Positions 41,333 through 55,884 of a stretch of 64,000 bases of DNA are shown one piece after another (within the stretch, counting starts at the first letter, position 1; the number at the start of each line of letters is the position of its first letter). This stretch comes from Dictyostelium discoideum. Taxonomy: Eukaryota. The DNA is taken from the NCBI GenBank assembly GCA_000004695.1, contig CM000150.2, positions 3,616,001-3,680,000 on the forward strand, in the 5' to 3' direction. Below the pieces are notes generated by a model. The model ran no database searches. It was given only the letters and a program-made list of their open reading frames with translations, and was not told the origin of the DNA. Position numbers and translations under genes: made by a program.

Positions 41333-41704
41333 TACTTGAATTGTTAAAATTATTATTATTATTATTATTAAAATTATTTTCAATAATATTATTTAAATTA
41401 TATTTTGAGGGTTTGGAAGGTTTTGGTAATTTTGGAGGTTTATCTTTATTTTTGTTGGCTTTCTTTTTTAAGTTTGTAATTTTATCATAAACCTGTTCAC
41501 ATGAAAAGTGGCTTGGAAAAATTTGCATTGAATGGATATGTTTGGCAATGGCTTGGTTTGATTTATATGCTCCGCTTGCATATAACTCGTGAAATAAATT
41601 CCACAACTCATCACTTTGTTTATCATTCCAAGAAGCACCTCTTTTTTTGCCAACTCTTTTTATTTCTCCTTTGGAATTATTATTATTAAAGTTAATATTA
41701 TTAA

Positions 41705-41770
<66 letters not shown>

Positions 41771-41864
41771 TATTATTATTATTGCTGTTATCATTGAAAT
41801 TATTATTATTTTGGTTGCCACTTTTGCTGTAGCTATTATTATTGTTAATATTATTATTATTATA

Positions 41865-41897
<33 letters not shown>

Positions 41898-41926
41898 ATT
41901 ATTATTATTATTATTACTATTATTAA

Positions 41927-41957
<31 letters not shown>

Positions 41958-42191
41958 ATTGCTATTATTATTATAAGTATTATTATTATAGGTATTATTA
42001 TTATAGTTATTTCTATAATTATTATTTAAATTTTCATCATAATCGTCATCTATGGAATAACTTTGATCAAAATCATCACTCTCAATTGTTTCTTCATTTT
42101 CAAATTTTCTTTTATTTTTATTATTAGGAATTTCATTACCAATTTTACTATTACTGTTATTATTACTATTATTATTGTTGTTATTATCCAT
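40011..42191 (-). CDS. PolyN-rich protein with a Myb/SANT-like region (GASWNDKQSDELWNLFHELYASG) and a coiled coil; paralog of 37375-39402
   Basis: ATG at 42191 (MDNNNNN...). The track ORF reaches 42326 only by translating an upstream A/T homopolymer as poly-F. Both this gene and its neighbour have the same architecture: a basic stretch, then [VS]W[TN]D..EL, then a coiled coil. Confidence 0.65.
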
Positions 42192-42244
42192 TGGTAAATA
42201 GAAATAAAAAAAAAAAAAAAATGGGTAAAAAAAATTATTGAAAA

Positions 42245-42276
<32 letters not shown>

Positions 42277-42613
42277 AGAAAAGAATTGAAAAAAAAAAAA
42301 AAATTATATGTAAAAAAAAATACCAAAAAAAATCACTTTTTTTTCTAATTTTTTTTTTTAAAAAAAATAAGGCATCAGCTGAATAAATAGCCATTTTTTT
42401 TAAAATTTTTTCGAAAACAGATTTGTGTTTTCATTTTTTTGAATCTTGGGTCGTTGTTTTTTGCCACACATTTTTTTTTTTTTTATTTTTATTTTTTTTT
42501 TATTTGCATTTTTTTTTTTTTTTTGCACTTTGGGAAAAGTCTTTTTTTTTTTTTTTTCTTTTTTTTTGACTTTTGAAAAAGTGACTTTTTTTTTTATTTC
42601 CCAAAAAAATAAA

Positions 42614-43315
42614 TTACTTTTTTTTTTCACTATTTTTGTCAAGAAAATTGTTGGTTTCACCACTATTATTATTATTACTATTATTATTATTATTATTATT
42701 TTCTTTAAAATCTTCATCAGTATATGGTAAATATTTCATTGCTTTTAAAGCTTTAATATTTTCTTTATGAATTAATTTTTCTTCATCAGTTAATTTTGAT
42801 TCATCAATTGGGAAATTTATTATGTTATTATTATCAAGATTGGTTGAATTTTGGGTTTCAGTCAAAATTAAATTTGGAATTTTTTCAGATTTTTTACCTC
42901 TCATCATATCACCAAAATCTTTGACAGTTTCAATATTGTAGGCACTTTTTAAAACATAAACTAAACCTGTTGTCATTGCGGCACAAATTGCAGTACCACC
43001 AATTAATGCTTTAACAGCGGATCCAACTACACCAGGTGGTGCTGTTCTAATTGTTTGTCTAATTCCTCCATTCTTTCTTAAACCAACTAATAAACCAACA
43101 CCAAATCCAACTGCTGATAAACAACCTGCTGAAATAAAAAACATACTTAATGGCATTTCTTTATTTAAAAATGATGGTGCCATTATATGTTTTGGTAAAT
43201 TATCAAATGAAAAAAATGATGATTTATTTTCATTATTTTCATTATTTATATTATTATTATCCATTTTTTTAATTGATTTCGGATTGTTTTTTTTTTTTTT
43301 AAAATTAAAAATCAA
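42614..43315 (-). CDS. Small membrane protein with Gly-zipper transmembrane segments (GxxxG-rich), function unknown
   Basis: A 233-aa ORF from ATG 43315. Hydrophobic segments SAGCLSAVGFGVGLLVGL and VGSAVKALIGGTAICAAMTTGLVYVL. Confidence 0.5.
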   Translation of the reverse strand: MIFNFKKKKNNPKSIKKMDNNNINNENNENKSSFFSFDNLPKHIMAPSFLNKEMPLSMFFISAGCLSAVGFGVGLLVGLRKNGGIRQTIRTAPPGVVGSAVKALIGGTAICAAMTTGLVYVLKSAYNIETVKDFGDMMRGKKSEKIPNLILTETQNSTNLDNNNIINFPIDESKLTDEEKLIHKENIKALKAMKYLPYTDEDFKENNNNNNNSNNNNSGETNNFLDKNSEKKK

Positions 43316-43774
43316 ATGAAAAAAATAAAAAAATAAAAAAAGTGATAAATTTCACCAAAAAAAAAAAAAAAAAAAAACCAAAAAAAAAACCAAAAAAAAA
43401 TTGTTTTTTTTGTTTTTTTTTTTTTCACATCAATGTGAGAACAAATAAATAAAATTTGATTTTAAAATTATTATTAAAATATTTTATTATTTTCACCTTT
43501 TATTACAGCATACCAGTTTTGTTGTGTTTTAAAGAATTTCCAAATCAGATAATCCTGGCAAATTTGTGATAAGAGTCCATTTTCCAAATGAATTAATCAC
43601 AGAAAATCTCTAATAATAAATAATAATAATAATAATAATAAAAATATTAATAATAATAATAGTAATAATAATAATAATTATAAAAATAAAATAAAATAAA
43701 ATAAAAATAAAAAGAAATAAATAAAATAAAATAAATAAATAAAAAAATAAATTTGTTTTAAATAAAATAAAAAT

Positions 43775-43809
<35 letters not shown>

Positions 43810-44496
43810 AATTTAGTTATATTAATTTGATAAAAACATAAGGATGGTTGGATATAAAAATTTCAGCATTTTAAAAAAAAGAATTATTTGAGCTATATAT
43901 TTTTTTTAAAAATAAAATTAATATGTGAACAAATAAAAAATTAGACACCCATTAAAAAAAAAATCAAAAATAATAATAATTACATTCGTTTTTTATATAT
44001 TTTATATCATTTTGTGTATTTTTGAGTGCTCTATTAATCTACACTAAATCTATTAAAAAAAATAAAATAAAATCATTATTGGGAAAAAAAAAAAAAAAAA
44101 AGAAAAAAAAAAGATGGAAATTTTTTTTTATTTGGGTGTGTAATTGGAATATTTTATTAATAAAATTAAAATGGGAAAAAAAAATTGTTTGGGTACCTAA
44201 TTTGAAAATTTTATTAATAAAATTAAAATGGGAAAAAGAATTTTTTTTAAATTGTGAAAAAAAAAGAAAAAAAGAATATAAAAGCCAAAATTTTTTTTTA
44301 ATAAATTATTATCAAACACCAAATCATACATATTAAATAAAATCAATATATATATAAAATTTTAAATTCTTTTTTTTTTAAACAAATAATTCTTTGCCTT
44401 ATGAGCTTAAAAAATAATTGTAAGTTGAAAAAAATTTATAAAGATTTATAATGGTTTCTAATATTTTTAATTAGCTTTTAAAGATTTAGTGGATTA

Positions 44497-45035
44497 TCTT
44501 TTTGATAAATATTCATTCAATACTAGGATCACGAGATAACTCATACCATTCATGTGCACCAGTGTAATTTTCTACATTTTTAACAATCTTTAATTCAAAG
44601 TTAAGAGAATCAATATTTAAGATAACATAACATGCACGATAAACACCTTCAGTGCGATATTTAATTTCAGAAATTTTTTTTTTAAATTTTTTTTATCAAT
44701 TGTTTTCATTTGATTAATATAATTCTCGTATGAAATTGTACCTCTAAAAAGGTCTTTGAATTTTTGATAGGCATGGTATCCTTTTAAAATATATAATTGA
44801 CAAAATTCATTATATTTTTGAAGGGTTCTATTTTTACTCTTGACACCACCAAATGAAACATGTTTCCCAAACAATCCTCTAACTTTATCTTTTACGTCAT
44901 CAATATTATTTTGGCAAAATTTGGTGGCTTAATCAACATTGAAGCAATCATCATATTGATTTCCATTATTTACCAAATAATCTATAAGAGTTTTGTTTTT
45001 TTCGTTATTATATTCATGCTTTTGAATAAAATTGT
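44497..45035 (-). pseudogene. Small coding-like region disrupted by an in-frame TAA and by a frameshift inside an A10 homopolymer; a probable pseudogene, or an indel error in the homopolymer
   Basis: Minus-strand translation ..KFCQNNIDDVKDKVRGLFGKHVSFGGVKSKNRTLQKYNEFCQLYILKGYHAYQKFKDLFRGTISYENYINQMKTIDKKNLKKK continues after a 1-nt shift as ISEIKYRTEGVYRACYVILNIDSLNFELKIVKNVENYTGAHEWYELSRDPSIE*. Confidence 0.3.
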
Positions 45036-45062
45036 GAGCTATTTCTAGCTGTTTTATTTCAG

Positions 45063-45468
45063 ATTGGGTCAAGTTATTAGCTTCATTTTCATTATTTTAA
45101 AAAAATCTAGAAATTCAAAAATAATTTTAGAATCACTTAAAGATCATTTAATTATTGATTTCAATACTGCTTCTTTATTAACTGACAAAGATTGGGAAAA
45201 ATGTATCAAACCAATAGGTTTAAGAATATTATTCTTATCACATTTAAAACAACAAAATGATAATGATAATAATAATAATACAGATTACGTAGATACTATA
45301 AGAAAAAGAGTAAAAAACACTGATGGCAGTGATAGTGGTAGTAATATTAATAAAGATTATGAAGCAAATGATATTTCAGATGGGTTGTTCCAACGTCAAG
45401 CATTCCTTCATCCAGAAATTGATGATCCTATAAAAAAAAATAATAATAACGATTTTAACAAAGATTAA
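45063..45468 (+). CDS. SAM-domain-like ORF with no in-frame ATG, preceded by a strong acceptor (TTTTATTTCAG); a possible downstream exon
   Basis: The frame is open from 45049. ..ILESLKDHLIIDFNTASLLTDKDWEKCIKPIGLRILFLSHLKQQ.. resembles a sterile-alpha-motif helix bundle. There is no ATG codon anywhere in frame. Confidence 0.3.
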
Positions 45469-45673
45469 GATACATATTAATACAAATAATAAAAGAAATT
45501 ACTAAATAAATATCAAATAAAACATTTAAATAAAAAAATAAAAAAATTTATTAAAACTTAAGGAGTTCACATAAGAATTTAAGAGATTATTTTTTTTATT
45601 TTTTTTTATTTTGTTTTTTTTTTTTTTTATTTATTTTGTTTTATTTTAATTTAATTTAATTTAATTTATTTTT

Positions 45674-46641
45674 CTATTGTGTATATTGATTAATAATATT
45701 TGATAATTGTGGTTGTGATTGAATTACTGGTTTCATTTGATTAAAATATTTTCTAATTATTGATTTTAATTGACCAGAGATTAAAAGTTTTGAAGAAGCA
45801 CCCAATTGATATTTTTCACTTGATAGAATTGAACCTAAACCTTTGACCAATTCAGCCAAGAGTAATTGTTGTTCACTGATTGAAGTATTTAATTTGAATT
45901 CTTTCTCTTGACTTTGATTCTCTTCAAGATCTAAAGTTAGTGTTTGAATGATGATAATTGTTTTTTGAATTGAATTATGAAGACATTCCCAAGTGAAAGG
46001 TTCAGTGATGAAACGATCTATATTCTCAGGTTTCATAAACCAAGTTACTGTATCGATTGGATAAATGATTTTAAATGTTACAAATTTATCAACAACAATG
46101 ACAATATGTTGATGAGAGAGTTTCCAAAATTCAAAGATTGAACGAATACATTCTTGACGATCATCTTGAGATTTCAAAACTGTTTTAAAGAGGGTGATAT
46201 ATCTTTCGATGGCATATGTTAAATGAGAGAATGAGGTTGAACCAATTTGAAGGATACATTTTGTCAATAACTCTACAATGTTTATATGTGATGGAATATT
46301 GGCAACATGAGAGATAATATTCTCCAATGGTTCCTTGGTCTTGAATGATAAAAGAAGTTTATGAGATTCTGCAATCAATTCTTTTGATTCCTCTTCTGGA
46401 TTATCTGCATTTAAAAATTTAAATGTTGGTGCAGGTGATGGTGGTAAATATTGATGATATTCACTTGGTAAATTTTGTTTAATCTTTTCTAAATATGATA
46501 AACGACAAAGTGATGATAAAACACGTTTAATATATATAATTCTTAATTCTCTATTTCTAATTTGATTTTCATCTTCAATTATTGCTGTTGTTGTTGCTGT
46601 GGAATCTTCTTTATTTTCATTTGAAGTACTACCTTCAACAG

Positions 46642-46672
<31 letters not shown>

Positions 46673-47533
46673 TGTTGGTGGTACTAATGATTGAGCCCAA
46701 TCAGACCAAATCCATTTATAATCAAAATTTGAAAGATGATGTGCAAATGCTAAAGCGAAACGATCCATAACTTCAAAATCTAATTTATGAATATTTTCAA
46801 ATAATAAATTGATTGCATATGCAAATACTGGAATAACTGATGGTTGAGATTTAAAGAAATCAACAAATAAAACACTATAGTAAATTGGTTTAAAAGTTGG
46901 TTCTGGTAACATAAACATTTCACCCAATATTGTCTCTACTACAATATCATCGATTTCATTTTCAACTGGTAATGAATAAATAAACTTTGAACATTCTTTA
47001 TGATCTGAATTGAAGAATGATAAAATATCAATTATATAATCTTCTACAATATATCTTTCAACTGAATTATTATTATCATTACTAAGTACTCTAAATAATG
47101 GTTTATTTAAATTATTTGGATATTCTAATTTCTATTTTTTTTAAAAATAAAAAAAAATAAAATAAAATAAAATAAAATAATTAATAAATAAATTAATAAT
47201 TAAATAAATAAATTATATTATTATTAAAAACTTACTTCATCCTCAGGGAAATGAATTGTTGGTAAAATATGTTGTTGTGATGATGATGATGTAAGTGTTT
47301 CATTAAAATGTTTATATGGTCTTAAAATACCATTTACAATCCATGGTTGATCACAATCACGTAATGATTTAATTTGTTTTAACATTGATTCTAAACGATC
47401 ATCTGTATATCCATTATTATATGCTTGATAAAACTTTTTATCACCTGTTGATCTTGATTGTATATATGATTCACATTCTTCAATTACTGCATCTAATTGA
47501 CCTGAATGATTATGTGATAAATGTTCACCAATC

Positions 47534-47564
<31 letters not shown>

Positions 47565-48325
47565 TAAATTAATAAATTAATAAATTAATAAAATAAATAA
47601 ATAAAATAAATAATTACCCATGGAATAGTTGATAATACTAAGAAAACGAAATAATCAGCTTTATTTGGTGTATAATCTGATGTATTTAAAACTGATAATA
47701 AAGTTTCATATAATTCGAATATAGCATTGATTGTGAGTACATTTGCATTTACTAATTCTGGAATGAATCTAATTAATAATTTTGCATTATGAAATTTCTT
47801 CTTTTCCATTGCACTAAATATTTCATCAACTAATCTACAAACAACTTCTTTACCAAATTCTGAATTCTTTACATTAATTAAACCAACTAATGTTGCATAA
47901 ATTGGTGTTTTATATGTTAATGATGAAACACTTTTTTTTATTTATTTTATTTTATTTATTTTATTTTATTTTAATAATAGAAATAGTATTAGTATATCCC
48001 AGAGATTGTTAATTATTTTGTACATTTTTATTTTTTTATATTTTTTATTTTATTTTATTTTATTTTATTCTTACCATTTAAATAAAATATCTTGAATTAA
48101 TGAAGATTGTTTTGGAATATCGGCTAATAATGCATTTGCTAATGCATCAATATTTGATTCTAAACTACTTGTTGCTTTATCACCAATTCTAACGATGAGT
48201 GAAGTTAATTTTGATTTAAAATCTTCTTCTGGATCATGTCTTTGAAAGTTACCTCTACCTGATGGTTGTCCATTAAAACTATGTCTTGGTCCTCTGAAAT
48301 TACCACCATTATTTTGATATGCCAT
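45674..48325 (-). CDS. ncbp1: Nuclear cap-binding protein subunit 1 (CBP80/NCBP1 ortholog)
   Basis: Four minus-strand exons: 48325-48075, 47930-47618, 47532-47236, 47131-45674. Donors are GTAAGA, GTAATT and GTAAGT. Matches to human NCBP1: [21 protein letters not shown] vs LESNLEGLAGVLEADLPNYKS; [23 protein letters not shown] vs [22 protein letters not shown]; [25 protein letters not shown] vs [25 protein letters not shown]; [19 protein letters not shown] vs FEVWRNHPQMIAVLVDKMI. Confidence 0.85.
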
Positions 48326-48486
48326 TTTTTTGTGAATGTATTTTTTTTATTTTTTTATATTATTCCTTTTTATTTTTTTTTTTTTATTTTCTTTAAATTT
48401 ACAACAACGAACTTAATATTCGTTTTAATAAAAATAAAAATATATGAAAAATAAATTTTTTAAAAAAAAAAACTTTTGAGAAAATG

Positions 48487-48526
<40 letters not shown>

Positions 48527-48602
48527 ATTTTCGAAAAAAATTTTAAAAAAAAAAAAAAATAAATAAATAAAAAACTTTTTAAGGAATCAATATAGGTAAT
48601 CC

Positions 48603-48647
<45 letters not shown>

Positions 48648-48994
48648 AAATTATATTTTATTAATACTATCATTCAGTTTTTTTTTATTATTATTATATT
48701 TATTATTATTTTTTTTTTTTAAAAAATATTATTTTTTCATTTTTTTTTTTTTTTTTTTCCCTTTAACCGAAATTTCTATTTATATAATTTCACCAAAAAA
48801 AAAAAAAAAAAAAAATTCATTTCAAAACTCACAAACAATCAAAGATAAATTTTATTTAATTTTTATTTTTATTTTTTTTTTTTTTTATTTTTTTATTTTT
48901 TAAAATTTTTTATTTTATTTTTTATTTTATTTTATTTTTTATTTTATTTTCTTTATTTAACCAATAATATAAATTCATATTAAACAACACAATA

Positions 48995-50427
<1,433 letters not shown>

Positions 50428-51019
50428 AAAAAAAAATAAAAAAAAAAAATAAAAAAAAAAAATATACAAACAAATCAAAAGAAGATTCATTATGAAAAAA
50501 AATAAAATTAAATTAAATGTTTTATCAAATTATATTGGTAAATCAATATTTTAAAAAAATAAAAAAAAAATAAACAAACCAAAAGAAGATTCATTGTGAA
50601 AAAAAAAAAAAAAAAAAAAAAAGGTTTTAATTATTCAAATTGTATTGATAAATCAATAAAAAATATATGTAGTGGTGGTGCTAATTCCGTAAATACAAGT
50701 TTTCAATCTTTACCAACAATTTAGTACTAGTATTATTAGTAATAAATTCAAATAATTTCTTCAAAAACCGAAATTTATCTTTATATTTCGACATGAAGAA
50801 AAAAATAATTAATTTGCTGATATTGCTATCAATCTTTATAGTTTAGAAACTCAAAAGAAAAATCAATCAATCTTCAAATAAGGAGAAAAAATTAAAGTAA
50901 TAATAAAAAAAAATTATTATTTACTAAAAATTACTATTTATTTAGATTAAATTTATTTATTTATTTAATTTAATTTTTTTTTTTTTTTTTTTTAAATTGA
51001 TTTTAGTTTTGTTTTAAAT

Positions 51020-51247
51020 TTAACAACATCTACGATGACGACGACGACCAATATCAATGTCAAGGTTAATGATATTTGTGTTTGAACCTCCACTACAACC
51101 ACCATTAAAACCACCATCACCACCCCATCCACTTAAACCACCCCATCCACCTAAACCACTACCACCACAACCACCATCAAAATATGCAATTGAATTATCA
51201 TTACTAGTGAATCCATTACGATTAGAGGTACTATTTGAACTTCCCAT
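51020..51247 (-). CDS. Tiny Gly/Cys-rich protein (75 aa) with an MGSSNS N-terminus and a ..RRRHRRCC C-terminus; family copy 1
   Basis: An ATG ORF whose 5'-UTR-like leader ..aatttcatcaatttcaaattc..ATGGGAAGTTCA is conserved with the other copies. Confidence 0.55.
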   Translation of the reverse strand: MGSSNSTSNRNGFTSNDNSIAYFDGGCGGSGLGGWGGLSGWGGDGGFNGGCSGGSNTNIINLDIDIGRRRHRRCC

Positions 51248-51818
51248 TGCACTAGTTGAATTTGAAATTGATGAAATTGATTCTGTTATATTATAATAGT
51301 GGTAAATGATTAGTTGTTGTAAAATAAAAAAATAAAAAAATAAATAAAAAATAAGAATTAATATTTACTAAAAATTGCCATTGTTATTTGTTGTTTTTTA
51401 AAATGTTTTGGTTTTATTTTTTATAATTTTATAATTTTTAAAATATAAATAGTTAATTAAATTGTTTGATTAAATTATATTAAAAAAAAAAAAAAAAAAT
51501 TTAAATGATAGGAATTTCCATTATTTACAAAAACAACTTTTTTTAAAATATATAAATTTAATTTTTAAAAACAAAGATTTTGTTATTTTATTGATAAATT
51601 AATCAAACAATTTAATAAACTATTTATATTTAAAAAATAATAAAAAATAATAAAAAATAAAAAATAAAATCATTTTTTAAAAAAAAAAAGTTTTTAAAAA
51701 TCAATACAAATAAATGGCAATTTTTAGTAAATATTAATTCATTCTTTTTTTTTAAATTAACATTGCTTTTACTTACATTATAGAACTAATTTCATTAATT
51801 TCAAATTCTACTGGTTCA

Positions 51819-52033
51819 ATGGGAAGTTCAATTGGTACCTCTAATCCTGATGGATTTGCTAGTAACAATAATTCAATTGCATGTTTTGATGGTGGTTGTG
51901 GTAGTGGTTCAGGTAGATGGAGTGGTATGGGTGGTATTGGTGGTTTTAATGGTGGTTGAGGTGGTTGTGGAGGTTCAAACACAAATATCATTAATATTGA
52001 TATTGATTTATGTCGTCGTCGTAGATGCTGTTA
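51819..52033 (+). pseudogene. Family copy 2, with a premature in-frame TGA at 51957-51959 (small insertion)
   Basis: Same start and leader and the same RRRRCC* end as the intact copies, but ..FNGG*GGCGGSNTN.. where the intact copies read [12 protein letters not shown]. Confidence 0.45.
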
Positions 52034-52469
52034 GTTTCCTCTTAAAATTTAAATTATTATAAATATACAAAAGTTTTTTATTTTTTTTAAAAAAAAAACA
52101 AAAAATAAAATATTTTTTTAATTTTTACCTACATTTTCTTGTATTTTATTCATTGAATGTCTTTATTCTCTATTTTTAAAATAAGATGATTTTTTAAAAA
52201 ATAAAAAAATAAAAAAAAAAAATAAAAATAAAAAATAAACCTAAGAGATTTCAAACATTTTTTAATATCTGAAATATTTTATTTTATTTTTAAACTTGGA
52301 ATTAAATCAATATTTTGTAATTATATTAAATAAAAAAAGAAGAAAAAGAAAAAAAAGAAAAAAAATAAGAAAAAACTTTAAAAAAAAAATAAAATTAATG
52401 TATTGATAGATCTTTAAAATGAAAATAAAAAGATAGTTAATATTATTATTTTATTGATTAGAAAAAATT

Positions 52470-52620
52470 AACAACATTATGATGACGACTACATCCAATA
52501 TCAAAGTCACATCCTCCCAAACCATCACCAGAACATGTGTTGAATTATCATTGAAAATTGATCCATTATAACTACTGGTGGGGATTGAACTTGATGTTGA
52601 TCCAGATGAATTTGTAAAAT
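52470..52620 (-). pseudogene. Family copy 3, an internally deleted remnant
   Basis: The minus strand encodes ..SSGSTSSSIPTSSYNGSIFNDNS.. and then a frame-shifted ..GCDFDIGCSRHHNVV tail, homologous to the N- and C-terminal ends of the intact copies. Confidence 0.35.
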
Positions 52621-53169
52621 TATTATTTAAAATAGTTTGTAAAATTTAAAGTTTATAATATTTACAAAAAATTGACATTTTCTTGATATTTATTGTTTTT
52701 TTTTGTTTTTCTTTGTTTTTCTTTGTTTTTCTTTGTTTTTCTTTGTTTTTATTTGTTTTTATTTGTTCTAATTAATAAGTAACAAAATTATAAATTTATA
52801 GTTTTTTAATTTTGCAAAAAAAAAAAAAAATAAAATAAAATGAAATAATATAAAAAAAGTTGTTTTACAAATCTATTTATTTAATTATGGAAATTCCTAT
52901 CAATTAAAATTTTATTTTATTTTAAAATAAATTAATTAAATAATTTAATTAACTATTTAAATTGGAATAAAAAATTAAAAAAAAAAATAAAAAAAAAATC
53001 ATTTTTTAAAAAAATAAACAAGTAAAAACAAAAAAATGGCAATTTTTAGTAAATATTATTTCTTTCTCACTTTTTTTTTTTTTTTTTTTTGATTATGAAT
53101 AATAACTAATGATAAAATTATAAAAAAATAATAGAATCAATTTCATCAATTTCAAATTCTACTGGTTCA

Positions 53170-53397
53170 ATGGGAAGTTCAATTAGTGCCTCTAATCTTG
53201 ATGGAATTGATAGTAACAATAATTCAATTGCATGTTTTGATGGTGGTTGTGGTGGTAGTGGTTTAGGTGGATGGAGTGGTTTTAATGGATTGGATGGTAT
53301 TGGTGGTTTTAATGGTGGTTGTAGTGGAGGTTCAAACACAAATATCATTAACCTTGACATCGATATTGGTCGTCGTCGTCATCGTAGATGTTGTTAA
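53170..53397 (+). CDS. Tiny Gly/Cys-rich protein (75 aa), family copy 4, about 85% identical to copy 1
   Basis: [75 protein letters not shown]. Confidence 0.55.
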   Translation: MGSSISASNLDGIDSNNNSIACFDGGCGGSGLGGWSGFNGLDGIGGFNGGCSGGSNTNIINLDIDIGRRRHRRCC

Positions 53398-53574
53398 TTT
53401 ACTCTAATTAATAATAATAATAATATTGATAATTAAAAATAATAATAAATAAAAAGTTAAACTGTTTTTTTTTATTCTTTCTTTATTTTTTATTTTTTTT
53501 TAAATTTTATTATTTTTATTATTATAAACTTTTTAATAATAATAATAATAATTAAATATTAAAAAAATATTTAA

Positions 53575-54922
53575 TTAATTTTTTAAAACTTTATTATTTT
53601 CTAAAAAATTATCAATTTCATTTAATGGTATAATTGATTGAGTTGTGTCATCCATATTTTTAATGATAACAGTATTATTAGAATATTCAGAAGGTGCTAA
53701 AATGATTACAAAAGAAGGATTATTTTTAAATTTTTTTAATTGTTTTGAAAGGTTTTCATCCTCTAAATTAAAAGTTGACAATGTTGAAGACCAACCATTT
53801 CTTCTAAGATTTGAACAAAGTTTAAAAGCATTCTCTGAAAGTGATGAATCAGTTATCGCTATACCAATTGGTCTAATTGAATTTGGAATTTTAGATTGAT
53901 CTAAAAACAATACCATTCTTTCAATACCAGATGCCCAACCAATTGATGGTAATATTTCTTTATATTTATATCCTAATTGATTTGCTAAACCATCATACCT
54001 ACCACCACCTAATATTGCTAATCCTTGTTGTTGTTGCTGTTGTTGTCTTTGTCCTTTATTATTTTGATTATTATCAATTATTTGAATTTCAAATATTGTA
54101 TGTCTATAATAATCTAAACCTCTAACTAAAGATTTATCAATTTCATATGAAATACCTAAACAATCTAAACCTTTTAAAACATTATTAAAACGATCTTTAC
54201 ATTGTATTGATAAACTATCTTGAATTGATGGTGCCAATTTATTTAATTCAATATCTTGTCTTTCTTTTGAATCTAAAATACGTAATGAATTACCTCTCTC
54301 TAATCTTTTTATAGAGATTGGTGATAGCTTATTAACATTATCATTATAGAATCGTTTTAATGTTTCATTGTAAACTTTAATTGAATCAGTATCACCTAAT
54401 GAATTGATTTTCAAGAGAGTATCAGATTTATTAATACCAAGTCTCTCTATGAAATTCATGGCCATATCAATGATTTCAACATCTGATCTTGGATGTTGAT
54501 CACCAATTAACTCTACACCCAATTGATGAAATTGTCTTTGTCTACCTCTTTGTGGTCTTTCATATCTAAACATTGGTCCTTGATAATAGTATCTTTGAGC
54601 TGGTGTTAAATGATTGGTTGATGATTGATTAATAATTGCACGTATTACTCCTGCTGTACCTTCTGGTCTTAAACATATCATTGATGGTGGCGATGATGAC
54701 TCATTTGAATAATCTTTAAATTTAAACATCTCTTTCATTACAATATCTGAACTTTCACCAACTGATCTATTAAATAATTCAAATGGTTCTATTATTGGTG
54801 TACTAATTTCTTTAAATCCATATCTTTCTGCAACACCTCTTCCAACATCAAATATAAATTTATGAATTCTTTGTTCATTTGGAAATAAATCATATGTTCC
54901 CTTTATATTTTGTAAATTGATA

Positions 54923-54983
<61 letters not shown>

Positions 54984-55080
54984 TTGTTGAATAATAAAAA
55001 ATACTTTTATTTCGTAATATTGATGTATTTTTTAAATTGTTATGTAATAATGACGAAATTAAATTTGATGTTTTTAACAT
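53575..55080 (-). CDS. mhisS: Histidyl-tRNA synthetase, probably the mitochondrial isoform (N-terminal presequence-like extension)
   Basis: ATG at 55080 (MLKTSNLISSLLHNNLKNTSILRNKS..). The track ORF start at 55164 reads through a poly-A tract. Class II aaRS/HisRS motifs are present: LRPEGTAGVIRA, GPMFRYERPQRGRQRQFHQLGVE, LAILGGGRYDGL, and an anticodon-binding C-terminal domain. Confidence 0.85.
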
Positions 55081-55522
55081 TTTTTTTTTTTTTTTTTTTC
55101 CAATTTTTTTTTTTTTTTTTTTATAAATAGTCAAAAAAAAAAGGGGTTGAAAATCCAAAATCAATCTAAAATTATAATTTTAAAATAAATTAATATATAA
55201 AATAAAAATTTTAATGTTATCTGTTTTTTATTTGTTTAGTTTTACCAAAAAAAAAAAAAAAATTAAAAAATTAATTTTTAAAAAAAAAAAAAAAAATCCC
55301 ATTTTTTTTTTTTTAAAAAAAAATAAAAAAAATAAAAAAAGAAAAAGGAAAAATATCAACACCCATCATGTAAATATTTTTTTTTTTTTCCTCTCTCTTT
55401 TTTTTCACTTTTTTTTTTTTTTTTTTTTAAAATATTATTTTATTTTATTTTATTTTAAAAATAATAATTAATAATTAATAATTAATAATTAATAAAAATA
55501 AATAAAAAAAATAAAAAAAAGA

Positions 55523-55829
55523 ATGGATTATGAAATTTTATTAAATAAACAAAGATCAGTAAAAATATGGATAGAATTTATATTGGGTATTAATCTTGGT
55601 GATGTTAATGTTTTTGATGCAATTAGAGATGGTAGATTACTTTGTAAAATAATGAATAGTTTTCATGATAGAATCGATTATATTCATTATAGCAATGTTG
55701 TACCTGTTTCACCATTTAAAAGAACAGAGAATATAAATTTATTTTTAAAGAAATGCAGGTAGGTTTTTTTTTTTTTTTTTTAAAAATAAAATAAAAATAA
55801 ATACATATTCAATTTTAATTTTAATATTT

Positions 55830-55884
<55 letters not shown>

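Noticed and set aside
40064-42029. ORFs translating as poly-I, poly-Y, poly-L or poly-K inside 40011-42326
   Set aside because: Alternative-frame or antisense translations of (AAT)n/(ATT)n repeats of the polyN gene. They have no independent start context.
42192-42326. 5' extension of the 40011-42326 ORF (MVFFFTYNFFFFF...)
   Set aside because: It translates an A/T homopolymer region. The real start is the AAA-context ATG at 42191 (MDNNNN..).
55081-55164. 5' extension of the HisRS ORF ([28 protein letters not shown])
   Set aside because: It reads through a poly-A tract. The mitochondrial-presequence-like start MLKTSNLISS at 55080 is the plausible initiator.
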